Below are positions 24,617-39,986 of a DNA stretch of 64,000 nt, one piece after another (the first letter of the stretch is position 1; each line of letters opens with the position of its first letter). Made by a program: the position numbers and the translations under genes. Source of the DNA: Schmidtea polychroa (taxonomy: Eukaryota); the NCBI GenBank assembly GCA_044892525.1, contig CM097886.1:65100001-65164000 (forward strand), written 5' to 3'. Below the pieces are notes generated by a model. It did not search any database, was not told where the DNA came from, and worked only from the letters and a program-made list of their open reading frames with translations.

Positions 24617-25642
24617 CAACTCTTTTACACGGTAGATACGTTCGAACGAAAATCGTGTAAAAAAATAGTCACATTATATTTTAACTTCCTAATTCATTAG
24701 TTGTTTTTTTTGAAAGATCGTCTTTGGTGCTTAATTTAATTTCATGCGACGTAACGTATTTGCAACATTAATGGCAGAAGTTTACATCTAAAATTTTAAA
24801 AGTTTGAAATTTTTCAAATGGGTGATTTATTCAGCATGACACTTATACGCAACATTATACTAAAATATCTTTATTAATTACATCCTTTAGTCTAAGAAAA
24901 AGTTAATATATTGCATCAGTTTCAAAGCCACTAAACAAAAAGTAAAATTTTAATACTATATTGTATTTGATTTGAATTTTCACTATTCTTTGTTAAAATA
25001 TATTGTAAAAAAATAAAGTATAGATGTGAAAAGATTTTATTTTTAATGTGTCTTATGAAATATGTTTTTTCATGCTTAATCTCGACATAAAAAATGAAGA
25101 AGCTAAGAAAATTAGTATTCATTTTTCCGAATTATTTTTCGTTGCCACATACTCAAGATTACATCCATCATCGAGAGCAATAGCTAAGTGAAAAATTAAT
25201 CGCCTGCTATGGAATCCGAATCTAATTCCTTTACTATCAAAACTGTAGAATGAAATTAAAATGAAATGTGGGAGTTTTTTTATTTTTGTTAATAGTAAAA
25301 CTAAAAATACACGATTTCAGTCAAGGGTACATATCCGCTTATTTAATTTAAATAAAATTTTAATAAATAAATAAATTTAATTAAAATATAAATATATAAA
25401 TAAATAACTTATATAATATAAATAATATAATATAATATAATTATAAAATAATTATTAAATAACAAGGACATTTAAACGCCATTGGTCATCTCTATGGTAA
25501 TAATTGTATGGGAAATTTAATGTGAATAGAGATTGGAGAGTAAAATTTTAAGTGGAAATGGTTCGAAAATTGCTAACATTGATCAGGGATTGCATTACAC
25601 AAAAATACATTTTAGAAAATCTATATGATACTCTATCAAAAT

Positions 25643-26454
25643 TAGGGATCGCAATTCCGGAGCCTTTTTTCAATCCCGGGATTTCGGGATTGGTTTTTGT
25701 TGATCCCGAGATCCCGCCAGGATTAACCTAGTAGAAATTTGTTATTATTTATTTGGAAAAACTGAAAACATTGTACAAAATTTAATTATAAATTTTTTTT
25801 TATTTATAAAAAAAGAAAACATTACATATTAAATTCACAAAATTCATTATTTATTATAGATATAGAAAATATTGTAAGAAAAAAATATATTTTTTATTAA
25901 CTTATAAAATGTTTATTTTAAATTAGTTTCTTTTTGACTGTTGGTGAAAAAATCCTCGAAGGAAACATAATGAATCGACACTATCGTCATTTAAACGTGA
26001 ACGAAACTTAGTGCATAAAAAAATGTGTATGAAATCTCTTAGTAGATCCTCCTGTCATCTTAATAATTTGTGGACAGCGTTTGCATTTAGCAGATGCTTC
26101 TGTTTCTGATCTGTCGTAAAATTTCCATACTTCTGACTTATTTGTTATTGCTAAATCTGTGATAAAGTAAGAAATAAATTAATAAACTTTGAATTAAAAA
26201 TATATATGTAGCAAAATATAGTTTTTCTTAAATTTTCAGATAACTGCTTACCTTATTTTATTTAAAAACACTTAACATGGTAAAATAAAAATGAGTAAAT
26301 TAAATATTCTTTGCTAACAAAATAAAAATTAAATTTTTAAGTTCACTAAAATAACAGCATAAAATCATAAATACAAACAATGCAAATATTTTTTCATTTT
26401 TTTAGAAATTAGTTAATTGAATATATTCCCAGGATCCCGGGATTGCGACCTCTA
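25643..26454 (-). mobile_element. Internally deleted hAT transposon
   Basis: TAGGGATCGCAAT / ATTGCGACCTCTA termini, 8-bp TSD ATCAAAAT/ATCATAAT, subterminal CCCGGGAT motifs, and the dimerization-domain remnant TKFRSRLNDDSVDSLCFLRGFF on the minus strand. Confidence 0.85.
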
Positions 26455-26476
26455 ATCATAATATAAATTAGAATTA

Positions 26477-26636
26477 CAGTAAAATCTTTTTTACACGATT
26501 TTGAAATAACACGGTTCGTCAAGAAGAAATTTTAAATTTTTTTACGCGTTATTTTTGATTTAACACGAATTCCAAAAAATTTTTTTTAATTATTTACATG
26601 ATTTTCTGCAAAATCGTGTAAAAAAAGATTTTACTG
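26477..26636. mobile_element. 160-bp Tc1/mariner-type (pogo-like) MITE
   Basis: 27-bp TIR CAGTAAAATCTTTTTTACACGATTTTG, TA TSD on both sides. Confidence 0.85.
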
Positions 26637-26815
26637 TAATCATAAAAATGATTTTGTCGATTGGCGAAATTTAGAAAATGGATATGCATAAAGAATCATT
26701 TCGAAAAAAAAATCATGAAAAAAAACATTTTTTTGAAAATACTGTGAAAAGCATTTAAAACATTTTTACAGAAATTCGAGTTTAAAATAATAGAGATCTT
26801 TATAAATTATTGTCA

Positions 26816-26980
<165 letters not shown>

Positions 26981-28588
26981 TCAAATTTCACAAATTGCAT
27001 AATAAGAATATAGTAATAGATATAACATAGAATATTTATGAAACAAATCTCATATTATGTGTCGTAAATAATTATGTCTAAATAATAGACATTGTTCAGT
27101 TCAAGTTTGAAATTAAATTATTAACTAATAGTCGCCAATAAATGAATGTAAAATTGCATTGCATTAAAACAATGCTCAAAAGCTATGAAGATATTAAAAG
27201 TTCAATAATTTATATGAGTATGAGCATAAATTCCATTACTAATGATACTTAAATTATATTCAACACATATTTTTCAAGTAAGCCTGGGTTTTTGGAGTAT
27301 CAGAAATAATAAGTAATTTGAGTGATATTAATAATTTAAAATAAATATTAAAGCGTGATAAATATAAAAATAATTCATTAATAATAATAAAATTTGATTA
27401 TAATATAATAAAGGGTGAAATAAACATGGCAATGATTTAATTATCTTTAATTAATTATTTAACTTCATCCAACACATCCTTTATGATATATTTCGATATT
27501 TCGATTTTCCTTTTCATTACAAGGTTGGATAGAAAAACTAAAAATATTATAGATCAATTAAACAAATTAAAGATAGTTTTGAAATCGTTTTTTGTATTGT
27601 TGAATGAGATTATTGTTTCGTTTGATGCTTGCAGTTGGTTTACTAAAATATCACTAGTTGAAACGATTGATTTATGTTATTTGTTATGAAATCAAAACAT
27701 TAATATTTTGAATGAAAGAACATTTCGTAAAAGTCAAAAGCAGAGCTCGAAAATTAATGTTCAAAATGCTGTAAATACGTACATTTTGAATGTTTTTAAA
27801 TAGTTAACATATTAAATTAGGAGTTGCTGTTTGTTTACAAATGTATTGAAAGGTTAAATTGGCATGATAAACAACTCTTTTTTAATTTCAAAATTTATAA
27901 ATTGGTGATTAAAATGAAAATAAAATTTGGTTTGGAGTTAAATTATGTTTAGTTAATCCATAGCTTTTCTATTCGACCTTATGATGACAGTGATAATGTT
28001 TGATGACCATTTCTAATAATTATATAATAATGATCTTTATTATTATGTATCATGCATTAATATTCATCTTAAATTATTTTCAGTGAAATTATTTATTAAA
28101 TTTTAAAATAATTAATTACTTTAGGTGACCTGAAAACGACAGTCTTACAAATTTTTGGTAAATTTTAATTTTAAATCACTATAAAAATAAATGTATAAAG
28201 TGATGATTTCTTGGTAGCAGCATTTATTATTTAAAACGGAGATTGACAAGAACTATCTTATAGTCGAAGATCTTTTTATTAAATACATTATTCGCAACAA
28301 AAGGCTTAAATTATCACTTAATTGTTTAAGAAAATAAATGAATATTATAATAAATAAAATTAATAAAATATGCGATTATTAATAATTCATTAAAACAATA
28401 ACAATTAAACTTATTACGACACGGTATATTAATATAATATATTAATAATATATTAATATTTATTCTTTATATAAAATCTTTATTTTAATAAAATATGTAC
28501 CAAATTGCAACATAAAGCCATGAAAGAGAGCTACGGACAAATATTAAAATAAGAATATGTTTGAATTATAAATTTATGTAATTTAGAG

Positions 28589-28798
28589 CAGTGGTTCTTA
28601 AACCATGGTCGGCCGCGAAACAAAAATATTCTTTTGAAAAATTTGGGAATGTTTAAAATAAATGTGACCTAAAATTAGAAAAATCAAAAAACTTTACCTT
28701 GTCACCGATGAAATTTTTTACTAATCCATAAACACGCATAAATTGCGAAGCCTAATTTTATTTAGTGGTCCGTGAAGAAAAATGTTTAAGAAACGCTG
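28589..28798. mobile_element. hAT (Charlie-like) MITE
   Basis: CAGTGGTTCTTAAAC / GTTTAAGAAACGCTG termini; perfect 8-bp TSD ATTTAGAG. Confidence 0.9.
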
Positions 28799-28886
28799 AT
28801 TTAGAGTAAATAAAAAACCAAAAATTTTCATAGAATAAACTTTAATAATTCGGTAATTCACTTGAATGAGAGCCTTTAGTTTAGAT

Positions 28887-29214
28887 CAGTGGTCGCAAAC
28901 TTCCTTTTTTTTACCCGACGTCTACCCGTACCTGTTGCGACCTCTGTTAAATATAGAATTCGTAAATTTACCACAACAGAATCTGCTTTCGGCAAGCGGC
29001 TTGCACAAAATTTTGAACCAATTAGATTTCAGTGTTCACGTGATTTATGCTTGCGTGTGCACTGTGCACTCGTGCCAGGTATTTTTATGATATAAAATAT
29101 GATATAAAACAGAATAATTTTCGGGTAAACAGATGTTACCCAAACCCTACCCGACTTTCAACTCTTAAAAACTTTACGCGTACCCTACCCTACAGGTTGA
29201 AGTTGCGACCTCTG
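28887..29214. mobile_element. hAT MITE
   Basis: CAGTGGTCGCAA / TTGCGACCTCTG termini; perfect 8-bp TSD GTTTAGAT; internal TACCC repeats. Confidence 0.9.
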
Positions 29215-29288
29215 GTTTAGATTTAGAACTTTGTAACTACATTTTATAAATTTAAATTCTTTTTAAAAATGCTCTAATAAAAGGTTAA

Positions 29289-29520
29289 CCTCCTAAGTTG
29301 ATATGACGGATATATACGTCATCAACATATGCATTACAAAGCGCATAAGACGAATAAAAATATTACTTTTGCTAACATATTATCTTAATAAATATCATCC
29401 AATAAGATATTATTTTATTTTTTTGTAACACAATGCGCAAGACGTATATATACGCTAGCGGATAACAAAACTCGCCGCTGAGGGGCGCATTTTGTTTGAC
29501 GAAATAAACCACTTAAGAGG
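29289..29520. mobile_element. piggyBac-type MITE, copy A
   Basis: TTAA TSDs, TIR CCTC(C/T)TAAGT; internal sequence shared with 42095-42329. Confidence 0.85.
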
Positions 29521-31785
29521 TTAAGTATCAAAAACAACACTTCATAACTCTTCCAGAATTGTTGTATCTTCCATGATAGATATTTATTATTCTTTTAATT
29601 TTACGGTGTATCTAGGAATGATTTTTTTTGAATTAGATCTGTATAGAATTTTATTTTAAATTATTGAACAGGATTAATATTTATAAATATTTAAAACATC
29701 ATGATTATTTAAAAATTTATTTTTGTGATAAAATTTATCTAGTAGAAATTGATACAAATTATCCAAAATATTTGGAAATTTTACGAAAATTAACTGTTTT
29801 GTTAAAAAATTAAAATACGTTTGGAAATCATTTATTATTTATTTATAAATCCGACTTTGTATAAATACTAAAAAGCGGTTCAACCATCCAGATATTTTCC
29901 CTATGATATTTCGTATCTTAGAAAGAAGAATTTGTAAAAAGAAGACAAAGATCTCATCAATGCAATCTAATTGTAAGACACATTTAATGTTTAAAAAGGA
30001 TGTATTTTTCAAACCAATGAATGTTTCAGGTAAATCAGATATGGTTCCTAATGAGTTTTGACTGTTTAATCTGTTAAATAGATTATTGCAAAATTACTTT
30101 CTTTTCATGTGCATAGTTTATAAAGGTTATAGATGTGTACTCACTAATGTTTACGTGATAAAGGGAAAAATTGTAAATAATTAAATAGAAAAATTGTATG
30201 AAAAGTTAATTAAAATAACATTTACTAATAAAATAGATAATAATACGAATTTCGGGATGACTTCGACAAAAAAAATTGATATTAATTTTATGCATAAAAT
30301 TATTCCAATTTATATCATTAGTTTATTAATGGTAAACTCATGATTTCATGGTATTTTATTTCTCAATATTTTGTTTATTTTGCAATCAATTTAATTTCGT
30401 AATAATTAATAAATCCCATTGGAAAAATATAATAAAATTTATATAAAGATTATTGATTTTATCTATAACATAAAATGCATCAGAATAACTGAACAATTAT
30501 GCATTTTGTCAAGAAATAATGTTTTTAGACTGAAATTTATTTGAGAATTCATTTTCTAAATACATTGTAGACATAATAGCATAGGAAACATGTAATAAAC
30601 ATAGTAGAATCAATAATATAATTATGAAAAGAAATAAATGACAGTCAGGCAGCACAGCCAGCCCATCATTCCGGTCTAATTAACAAATACATACACCCAC
30701 ACACACATGCATATATGCACGCACACACATACATACAATCAATAAACATGTATGGCGACGGCGGCGGTGGCGGCGGCAAATAAGAGAATTAACTAATCAA
30801 TACAACTGGCATTTTATAAACTCAGCAAGGCATGAATCAATTATGAGCAACAATTATTGGCCGGGAAGATTAAGCAACAAATTTCCGTGCTGAAAGTTTT
30901 AAAGGATTTCAAAAATTTCCTTAAATTGATTCACTACTATTTTGTTTAATTTTCGGCATAGTAATTAGATGCCAATTTCACAGTACAGCTGAAAAAAAAT
31001 CAGCTATTTTTAAAAAGTAGTTTTGAAAAAAAAATTTTTTTTTTGAAAAAATTAAGTTCTTTTCCTGTTGTTTGATTGGTCGGAAATTATCTTCGTCGAT
31101 AGTTTTTCCTGTATTCAGATACAACTCCAGCTCTTTTAGTGTTTTGGACTTTTCAAATGGAAAAGAAAATCACTTAAAAGATGATTTGTTTCCTCGGTCC
31201 TTGTAATCATACTTTGTAAGAAATGTAGGTTGTTTATTTTCATTTCAAATTGTTGAAATAAACACAAACAAAAAACTGAATCCTTAAGGACTGAATATCA
31301 TAAAGAATTTCTATAAATAACTATATCATAAACCCATTTACAGCAGGTGGAAAACTGGAAATTCATCACCAAAAATATTTTCTATTTTATCAAAATGTAT
31401 AAAAAACTAAAAACAAAATGGCATAAACAAAGAATTCCTCATTTTATTTATCCCAATAAAGTTAATATTGTTAATTAGTGTTCATTAATAGTAAATATTT
31501 TCTCTTATTGGTACGATTTGGGTAAGCAAATATATTCTATTTAATGTGAAAAAGTTTGACGTACACTAACATCTACTTTTATGGAAGATTCTTCCTTTTC
31601 TTGAACTATACATTTAAAACTTTTACTTATGATTACAATTGGATTACTTTTTGTTACTGTCTAACTTGAGCAATTTCCCATATCCAACTTGAATTGTTGA
31701 AACATTTCTCAAGAGACAGCTACTTTATTTGATATTATTTTACTTCAATATTTACCAAAAAAATATTTATATAATTAACATATCG

Positions 31786-31943
31786 NNNNNNNNNNNNNNN
31801 NNNNNNNNNNNNNNNNNNNNNNNNNNNNNNNNNNNNNNNNNNNNNNNNNNNNNNNNNNNNNNNNNNNNNNNNNNNNNNNNNNNNNNNNNNNNNNNNNNNN
31901 NNNNNNNNNNNNNNNNNNNNNNNNNNNNNNNNNNNNNNNNNNN
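31786..31943. other. Assembly gap (N run)
   Basis: Ns. Confidence 1.
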
Positions 31944-32772
31944 TCAAATGCGGCTCTGAGCTCAGTTATAAGAAATAGAACATTAATTTAATTTTTGGGT
32001 AAAATTTAATATTTAAAGTTAAATGTATTTTATTTGAAGTTGGAATAAAATTGAAAATAAGATTAATTTTATCTTTAAATACTTGTTGAGTTTTAAAATA
32101 AAAGTCAATTATTTTTAACAGAATGGATAAATGAACAATTTTTGAACAATAAATTTAGACAACATTGGTTTAATTACGTTCAAATTATATGTTATTATAT
32201 CCCTCAAAATTTGTAGATGGATTTTCTTTTTTTTATAATTTTGTCATAACAGTACACTTAATCAACTAAATAAAACTGTTATATTTAACAAATTTATAAA
32301 AAATTATAATTAATTGACATCAATTTTTTAAGAAGCTGTATAAGACAAATAGTTTATCTCAACCATAAAATTGTTCCCAAGTAATTCTTATCAGTTGGTT
32401 TCATATAATTGAAACCAACACTAATTTAACGGTTATAATAGATTTTCAAGAACCCAATTCAATCAGAATATATTTTACCGTTTTTTATTTTAGCAAAAAA
32501 TGAATGATGATGATTTAATTTTGACATTTATATGATAAAAATTTTTTTCAGTCTTCACTTATCGTAATTTGACAGCTCCAATTGGAAATGAATTATATGA
32601 TCAAACTATTGTTATTCTTGAATTCATAATACTGTTGAATTAATGAAGTTAATGCAGTTCGTTTTATGAGACTTGACTAATACTTTTGATAGAATTTATC
32701 AAATTTTTGATTAAATTTCATTTGGTACTAATTATATTAGAAAAACTAAATTAGCATATTTTAAATAGAAAA

Positions 32773-32836
<64 letters not shown>

Positions 32837-32850
32837 TAATAATAATAATA

Positions 32851-33061
32851 CCGTATATACTCGTGTATAAGCCGAGAAATTTTGGGAAATTTTTTAAGCT
32901 AATTATTAAGCTAACATGTCAAAAACAAGATTTTGTGATTATTTAAATAATTCATCAGATTTTAGCTATTTTTTTTTACCTCGGCTTATATACGGGTACT
33001 TGATTTTGGACAAAAAATTGACTATAAAAACTCACTTCGGCTTATATACGAGTATATACGG
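32851..33061. mobile_element. 211-bp TA-target MITE inserted in an (AAT)n microsatellite
   Basis: TIR CCGTATATACTCGTGTATAAGCCGA / TCGGCTTATATACGAGTATATACGG, TA TSD, AAT arrays on both flanks. Confidence 0.88.
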
Positions 33062-33066
33062 TAGTA

Positions 33067-33117
<51 letters not shown>

Positions 33118-34665
33118 GCTAATTACAGAATGGGTATAACCACTCATTTAACTAATAAATGACAATCAGAATAGACGTTTAAATTGGAAAATAATACATA
33201 ACTGTCCGTCAATAATCGCAGATTTCTTATTTTAAGGAAAATATTTAAATTTTACTTCGAAAAATTAAAGAAATTATTAGTTTTTATTATCTTTGATAAA
33301 AATATTCAACTAGAAAAATTATGCATTCACTTTATTTTTCCAATAATTATAAATACACTACTTTATTACCTAAAATAGATTCAAACTCATTTTTATTCAT
33401 TATAATTAATTCTATTCATTCTGTCATTACAGAATTATTTCAATACTTGGCTATATACAATATTTTTAGTTACTTGTTGAAAGGTAATAAGGAACTATAA
33501 CCGACTAATGATAACAACGTAATTATGAACTTTAAAAAATTACAACCTACAATGATTTCATAGTACATACAATATACAATATAGCATATGATTAGCCTTA
33601 AGTCATTCTGTTGACTGTTTATGTAGTAAATTTGGCAAATGAAACAATTCAAATTACAAAAAAACAATAAAATAATATCGACAACAATATAAATCTTAAT
33701 TTATTATCAGGTTTCAGATTAAAAATTACATCAAATGCTCTATTGAGTTTAACACGAGCAGCACCATAAAGTTACTAATGAAAATATACGTTGACAATAC
33801 AGTATTTATAGTGATTTATGTAATACAATAATTATGGCAAAGCAATTTGCTATTATAATATTTATTAACTTTATTTATTTTAAAACTTTGAAATTAAATG
33901 CTATTTAAAATATGTTAAAATATAAAAGCGGCAAGGCTATATTGTAAAGAAAAGTACAATATTATCTATAAATTAATTATGTCCTACGATATCTATGTAA
34001 AAAATAGTGTACTGATAACAAATGACATTTATCATCAATAATTAATAATGTTTCTGAATTGGAATAATGTTTAAAAATAGTATTCAGGAATTAAAACAGA
34101 AAAGTTAGTACTTTTCAAAAATGAACGATTATTTTTAATTAGACAATAGTATAATATTTTATGTAGATAGATAAATAAAATAATATAAATATAAAAATTT
34201 AAAAGTTAATAACAAAAAAATTGAAAATGATGAAAATCTCACAAATAGTAGATTATTAGAAATATGTGAATTTTAAAAAATCTTATGAAAAAAATTGAAT
34301 ATATTTTTTAATAAAAATTAAATTAAAAAAATTAATTTTGTAAATGATATTTTAGAAACATTTAGCGGAATGTTTAAAGCAGAAAAAATAAAAATGGAAA
34401 TTTTAATATTTTATTATTAAAAACGAAATATGAAAATTTAAAGATTAAAAAGTTTGAAATGTTTACTTAGAAAATTATAAAATTATAAATTTTACAAAAT
34501 TATGTGAAGTTTATTTTAAAAATATTTTACTGAAATTTTATAATGTATGGAGATTTTTAATCACAACTCGATTAGAGATATTGAAATTATTTGTTTGAAT
34601 ACTCAGGAATAATGGTGATAAAATTTCGGGTATTTAAATAAATCTTGATTTGTAATAAATTTTAA

Positions 34666-34713
34666 CCCTTAACGGTCATAAATTACATCTATAAAAATAA
34701 CGTCCGATAAGGG
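34666..34713. mobile_element. 48-bp piggyBac-like mini element
   Basis: TTAA|CCCTTA ... TAAGGG|TTAA. Confidence 0.5.
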
Positions 34714-35173
34714 TTAATGACTCGAAAAATAATTATTTCAACCGCAAATTATAGTTTACTTTTTTATGAAGCCACAGACATCTCAATATTATCACAATAT
34801 CTGTTAAAGAATAATTTCAAAAATATATTTCAAAGAATTTTTTTCATATTTACCCGCAGTCGTAGCTGTTTTTAACATATTGCGTCGTATGATAGGATAT
34901 AGTTGTCTATTTATTTACTCTAAAACTTTATGAGTTATATTTGATAATCTCTTTTCCATCATTAGAACTCACTTTGACAATAAAAAATTCAAAACATTAG
35001 CCTTGGTTATACAATGAAAATAAAACCGAAACACCATCAACGATTAATGCGTTAATAATAATATCTTCAAATACATAAACACTTGAAACTCGGAACAACA
35101 AATATTCTCAGTGTAAACAGGCAATAAGAATAATAATAAGAGTAATGTAAAAATTTTTAAAGTCACATTAAAT

Positions 35174-35642
35174 CAGATATGTCAAACTTGTGGCCCACTT
35201 GATATATCAGTACAAAAAAACAAAACAAAACTTAAAAATAAAATTTTCTATGTAATCACTTCTTATAACTGTTACATTTAGTTTTTATCGCCCATTAAAC
35301 AAAAAATTAAGGAAACGAACCCCAAAATCTAGTTAGGGTGCGAAAATAAATTCTGGTTTATCGTACTATACCAAGGTACGTTGGTTATCCTGCTCCAAGG
35401 TTCTCAAACAATTTTGGGATTTGAAAGACAAAATATGTCAGTTTTTAACATCAAAAAAACAAGACATCGCCTTGTTTTCTGATACAGTGTGGTGGCAAGA
35501 TTTCTTTTATGGTTGACATAACGAAACACTTATTCGATTTAAATTTGAAACTGCAAGGAAAGGATCAAATCATTACAAATATGTGTGACCAAGTTAATGC
35601 ATTCAAATGTTACCACATTTTCTTCAAATTTTATTATTACTA

Positions 35643-35703
<61 letters not shown>

Positions 35704-35844
35704 AATAATAATAAAAAAATGTTTTTTAGTTTTGTTGAGTTTTTAATTAAATAAATATTAACGTCGGTGTTTCAGACTCCACATGTTCTGAAAAACAATT
35801 ATTTATATTGCGGCCCGCAGGCCAGTTTGAGTTTGAAACCCCTG
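35174..35844 (+). mobile_element. Internally deleted hAT (Buster/SPIN/GTF2IRD2-like) transposon
   Basis: Perfect 8-bp TSD CATTAAAT; CAG...TCAAAC / GTTTGAAACCCCTG termini; remnant YTKVRWLSCSKVL...VDITKHLFDLNLKLQGKDQ. Confidence 0.88.
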
Positions 35845-38800
35845 CATTAAATGGTTCCAAATTGAATTTTTATGCAATTTAAATTCTAAAATAAATATTA
35901 ATAAGAATAATAACATTATTTCAAATTTTGTTTGATATTATTTATAATGGCTATTTTCATACTGAAAATCATTAAAGATGAAAAAATATTTAGGGCTAAT
36001 TTCCCTTATTAAAGACTTGTTTATGTATCAAGATTACAAATAATTCACATCGAAAATTTTTCGTTACAAATCATAGCAACTTTTCCTTAATTTTATATGA
36101 AATTAATGCATGAAAAATCGTTTTGCTTCTTTTAAATAAATAAAAACTGATATCTGTTTAATTAAAATGTAAATTTTTACTTGAAAAATATTTTTTTTAT
36201 CCTCGAACAAAAAGTGAAATATTTCTTACTCAAAATGTGTATGACACTGATTTTCTACTTCTTATACTTATCCCAGTTCCATATAATTTGAGAATCTTAT
36301 TAGGTTTTAATGAAACAATTTCTGTTCATCGCTTATTCCAGCCATGGCCAACCGGTGGCCCGCGAAGCGTTTTGATGTGGCCCGGACACAATTTTATACA
36401 TCAAAACAATAATTACTCTTCTATGATTACTCTTCTATGTTTTGACTCCTTCTTTTTTAAATTATAAATAAATAATTCAATGTATAAATAAATCAGTTTA
36501 CTCATCAATGATTTTATTACATGTTACAACAAAATGAACATGTGCGAATGCAATTTCTTCATGACATTCCCACTCAATATTCATCAATGAAATGTAAAAA
36601 AATAATTCTTTTAGTGGACATTACAATAACATTGACGTAATACAGTGGTTAACACTAGATTTATGACTGAGCCAATTTGACTCATTTAAAATTCTATTGC
36701 TAAATATATATAATACTGATTTATTATTTTTTGAATATATATGTTGGTTTTTAGATACATCATGAAATATAGGTAAATATTAATTACTCTCCTCTACCGA
36801 CTCCCTCATTTCGCATATCGAATATGGTATACCTATTTTTACCCGTAAATCTAGTGTTAAACATCTCTTTCTTTTTGCAACACAGGGGCTTCAGATACTT
36901 GCAATTATGAAGTCTTCAAAATTCTTTTTTTTTCACATTCCAATTTTTTGACTTACATTAATTAATTATTTCTAAATTTTCACTATATTTTAAATAGATT
37001 TCCCCTTTTTATTCACCACTATTCTAATAATTTTAATAATGACTTGATTTTAATTATCTTGGCATCCTCAACACATTTTATGAATTTGCAAACTAATTCT
37101 TGCCATAATATGCCAATAATATTGTTTTCGCATGTTCTGCAATATTTCCCCCTTGCTCCTGATGAATTTTTACAACAAAGTGGATATGACTATTTTTAAA
37201 TCCTTATATTTGATTAATTAGTTTAATTAACTGAATAAATAATTTACATTTATTAGGGTCAATCAAAAAAAAACAAAAGCAGGTAAAAAACTTTCTAAAA
37301 AAAAATTTGGCGATGAATTATTTATTAAGTGTTTACTGAATTCAAAATTATATCTAATAAATATTTACAAAAAATTAAAAAAATAGTTCTCAAAATCAAA
37401 TTGGTAATATTTCTTGAAATAAAAACGAAAAAGAATCCTGTTTAAAAAGAGGAATTTTATGATTTATTTTATTTATAGATTTAAAATGAAAGTTTTAAAC
37501 GTGTCACCTCATCTAATGAAAATTGAAAGATTCAATCACACAACGAAAAAAAAATTATTACTTTGATATTTATTTTTTGAACTGCAATAATTTCAGTGTT
37601 TTTTAATCTTATTTTTCACACTTCATATTTTGTAGTTTACTTATGCTAATTTCATACTTCAGTTACTTACAATTAAAGGCAATCATCACATAATGAGAAA
37701 TTTTAAAAATTAATTATATTTTTAGAATTAGCCTTTAATAATAAAGTGAAAATGTGACAAAATGAAACCTATAAAATATGAAAAATAAAAATCATTAAAA
37801 ATTTTTTATTTTAATTTTGCTTGAAAAGATTTGAAAATGTAACAATAATTTCATTATAATTATAATTACGTGACAATTTACTAAATGTTTCAATAAAATT
37901 TAATGAATTTTCAAACAAAAAAATCAATAAAAAGCAAAAAATACAACTCAGAACAAACTGAAAATAAAAATGAAATGGAAAATTTTAACTGCACAATTAC
38001 ATTCTCGAAATAATTTCAAAAAAAACGTAATTTGATATTCAAATTTATAGTTTTCAGTTATTTTATAACGATTTTTTATTCTAAATAAAGGAAAATTTTT
38101 TTTTATTGATGATACAAATTTTGAGAACTTCTGAAGCAAATGAATAAATTTTTTAATTAATTACCATGACATAAAAATCGTGTCAACTTTCAATAAATTT
38201 CGAGTATTAATTTATAATGAGTCACAATGAGATATTTATAGGAAATATCGCAAAATGTCATTAATGAAAATAGAAAAGTTAGATGAAAAAATCAAGATGT
38301 TTACATCTTTATTGACCACAGGTATTTCAAGGTACCACATACTAGATATGTGATATGAACTCACAATCATAAAACAACATACATTTTGTGCGCACTCCAA
38401 AAAAAAACAATGATATTTGTCCAAACATCAAAAATACCAAACATGATTATACTGGGAAGTACCATCTGCCCTTAAATTCCTTTTTTAATGTTTCCTACTG
38501 AAGGAATACTTTGTGTGCAATTCATTGGAAGACAAAATGAGCAACTATTAAATAAAAAATAATTCTATTATATGGTGAAATTATTCACGCCATTTATTAT
38601 TCACAGAGATCTAACAGCTGTGGTGGGTGGAAAATACAAAAAGCAATAAGTCGGTAATGACTGCACCATCTGAAATAGATATCATATCACAAAAAAGTAG
38701 ATATACAGTTGTATATATCATGAATATTATTTATTATACATTTATAATATTTTATTATTTTATTACATTTAATAAAAGTAATTTATTATTATAAGATTCC

Positions 38801-39491
38801 TTATCCATGACTTTTATCATAAAATCATGGCTAGAGCTGCCGACTCGAAAAATCCTGAATAATTAAAAATATACAGAAGATACCAAAAGCAATAAAAATA
38901 AATAATATAAAAACTTAATCAACCAATCTACTATTTCATTAATTACCCAAAATATGAAATAAAAACATAAAATTTATTCTATTAATTTACTAACTTATCG
39001 TTTTTAACAAAAAAAAGAATTTTTTGTTTATAAGTCTTCTCCTTCTATGACTTAGTGCTCAGTAAAATGAAACGAAATTCCATTCAAAATTTCATCAGCG
39101 AAAAACATGTTCAAGAAAATTTATATGAAAAAAACATTTTGTTTTGCTTATTTCACATTGTATAAAGAGACACAATAAATTCATATTTGAGCGAAAACAA
39201 TACATCAGTGAATTTTTTGTGATTTTTAACAATTCAAATAAGATTAACAGTATTTTCTGGAAATTATATTACTTTTGCATATAGGGATGTTTTATCAATA
39301 AATTATATTTTTTAGAATACATGAACATGGATTCCCAATCTAAAGTATGGACACATTTAAAAAAAGCGATAACGTAGAAGAAAGTAACCAGCAATCACTG
39401 TATAATCACATCAACTTGTATTCAATAGATCAACAACAACGTTGATACGTCATGTAGAGAATATGAAAAAACATAAGAAAATACATTAGCT

Positions 39492-39986
39492 ATGAAAGAT
39501 TTTACAAAATCAATGGGAATTACACTATGCTTTTCAAGTCCATACCACCATAATACAAGTGGTGTGATAGAACGTCAATTCAGGACAATAAGAGACCATA
39601 TAAATGCATCATTAAAAGAAAAAAGTAGAACAGATTGGGCAGAGATGATACCAGAGATTGAATGCAAATTTCAGAAATCAATTGGGCGAAGTCCCACAGA
39701 AGTAATATTTGGAAGAAAAATAGCTCGAAAACAATTTCATAGTAAAGCGCCGATTTCACAAAAAAAAGACACACGAGAAACAAAGGAAACAAAAAGATCA
39801 TTCAATATTGGAGATGAGGTTCTGGTAAAAGTCGAATCAAGAACGAAAGACAAGGAAAGATACGAAGGGCCATACAGAATAATGCAGAAGATCCATGATC
39901 GCCGATATCTGCTACAAGACCAAAGTGGGAAAATTCTTCAAAGAAATGTTGAAAAGATAAAGAAATTTCTTAAAGAAGGGATGTGA
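39492..39986 (+). mobile_element. Ty3/Gypsy integrase C-terminal fragment, followed by polypurine tract and probable LTR start
   Basis: SSPYHH.TSGVIERQFRTI, SIGRSPTEVIFG, FNIGDEVLV, YEGPYRI; AAAGAAGGGA|TG at ~39971-39982. Confidence 0.85.

Noticed and set aside
24500-24620. GAAA(TA)n junction as another hammerhead-derived microsatellite
   Set aside because: No CTGANGA core or stem II upstream; the same holds for the TA tracts at 335, 18997 and 56405.
24467-24700. YI-repeat ORFs here and at 56396, and poly-I/poly-N ORFs at 32916 and 35509
   Set aside because: Microsatellite translations. Only the hAT-derived start of 35509 is meaningful.
36780-37200. NIAEHAK-like fragment on the minus strand suggesting a GIY-YIG tail
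   Set aside because: Too short and degenerate to support a call.
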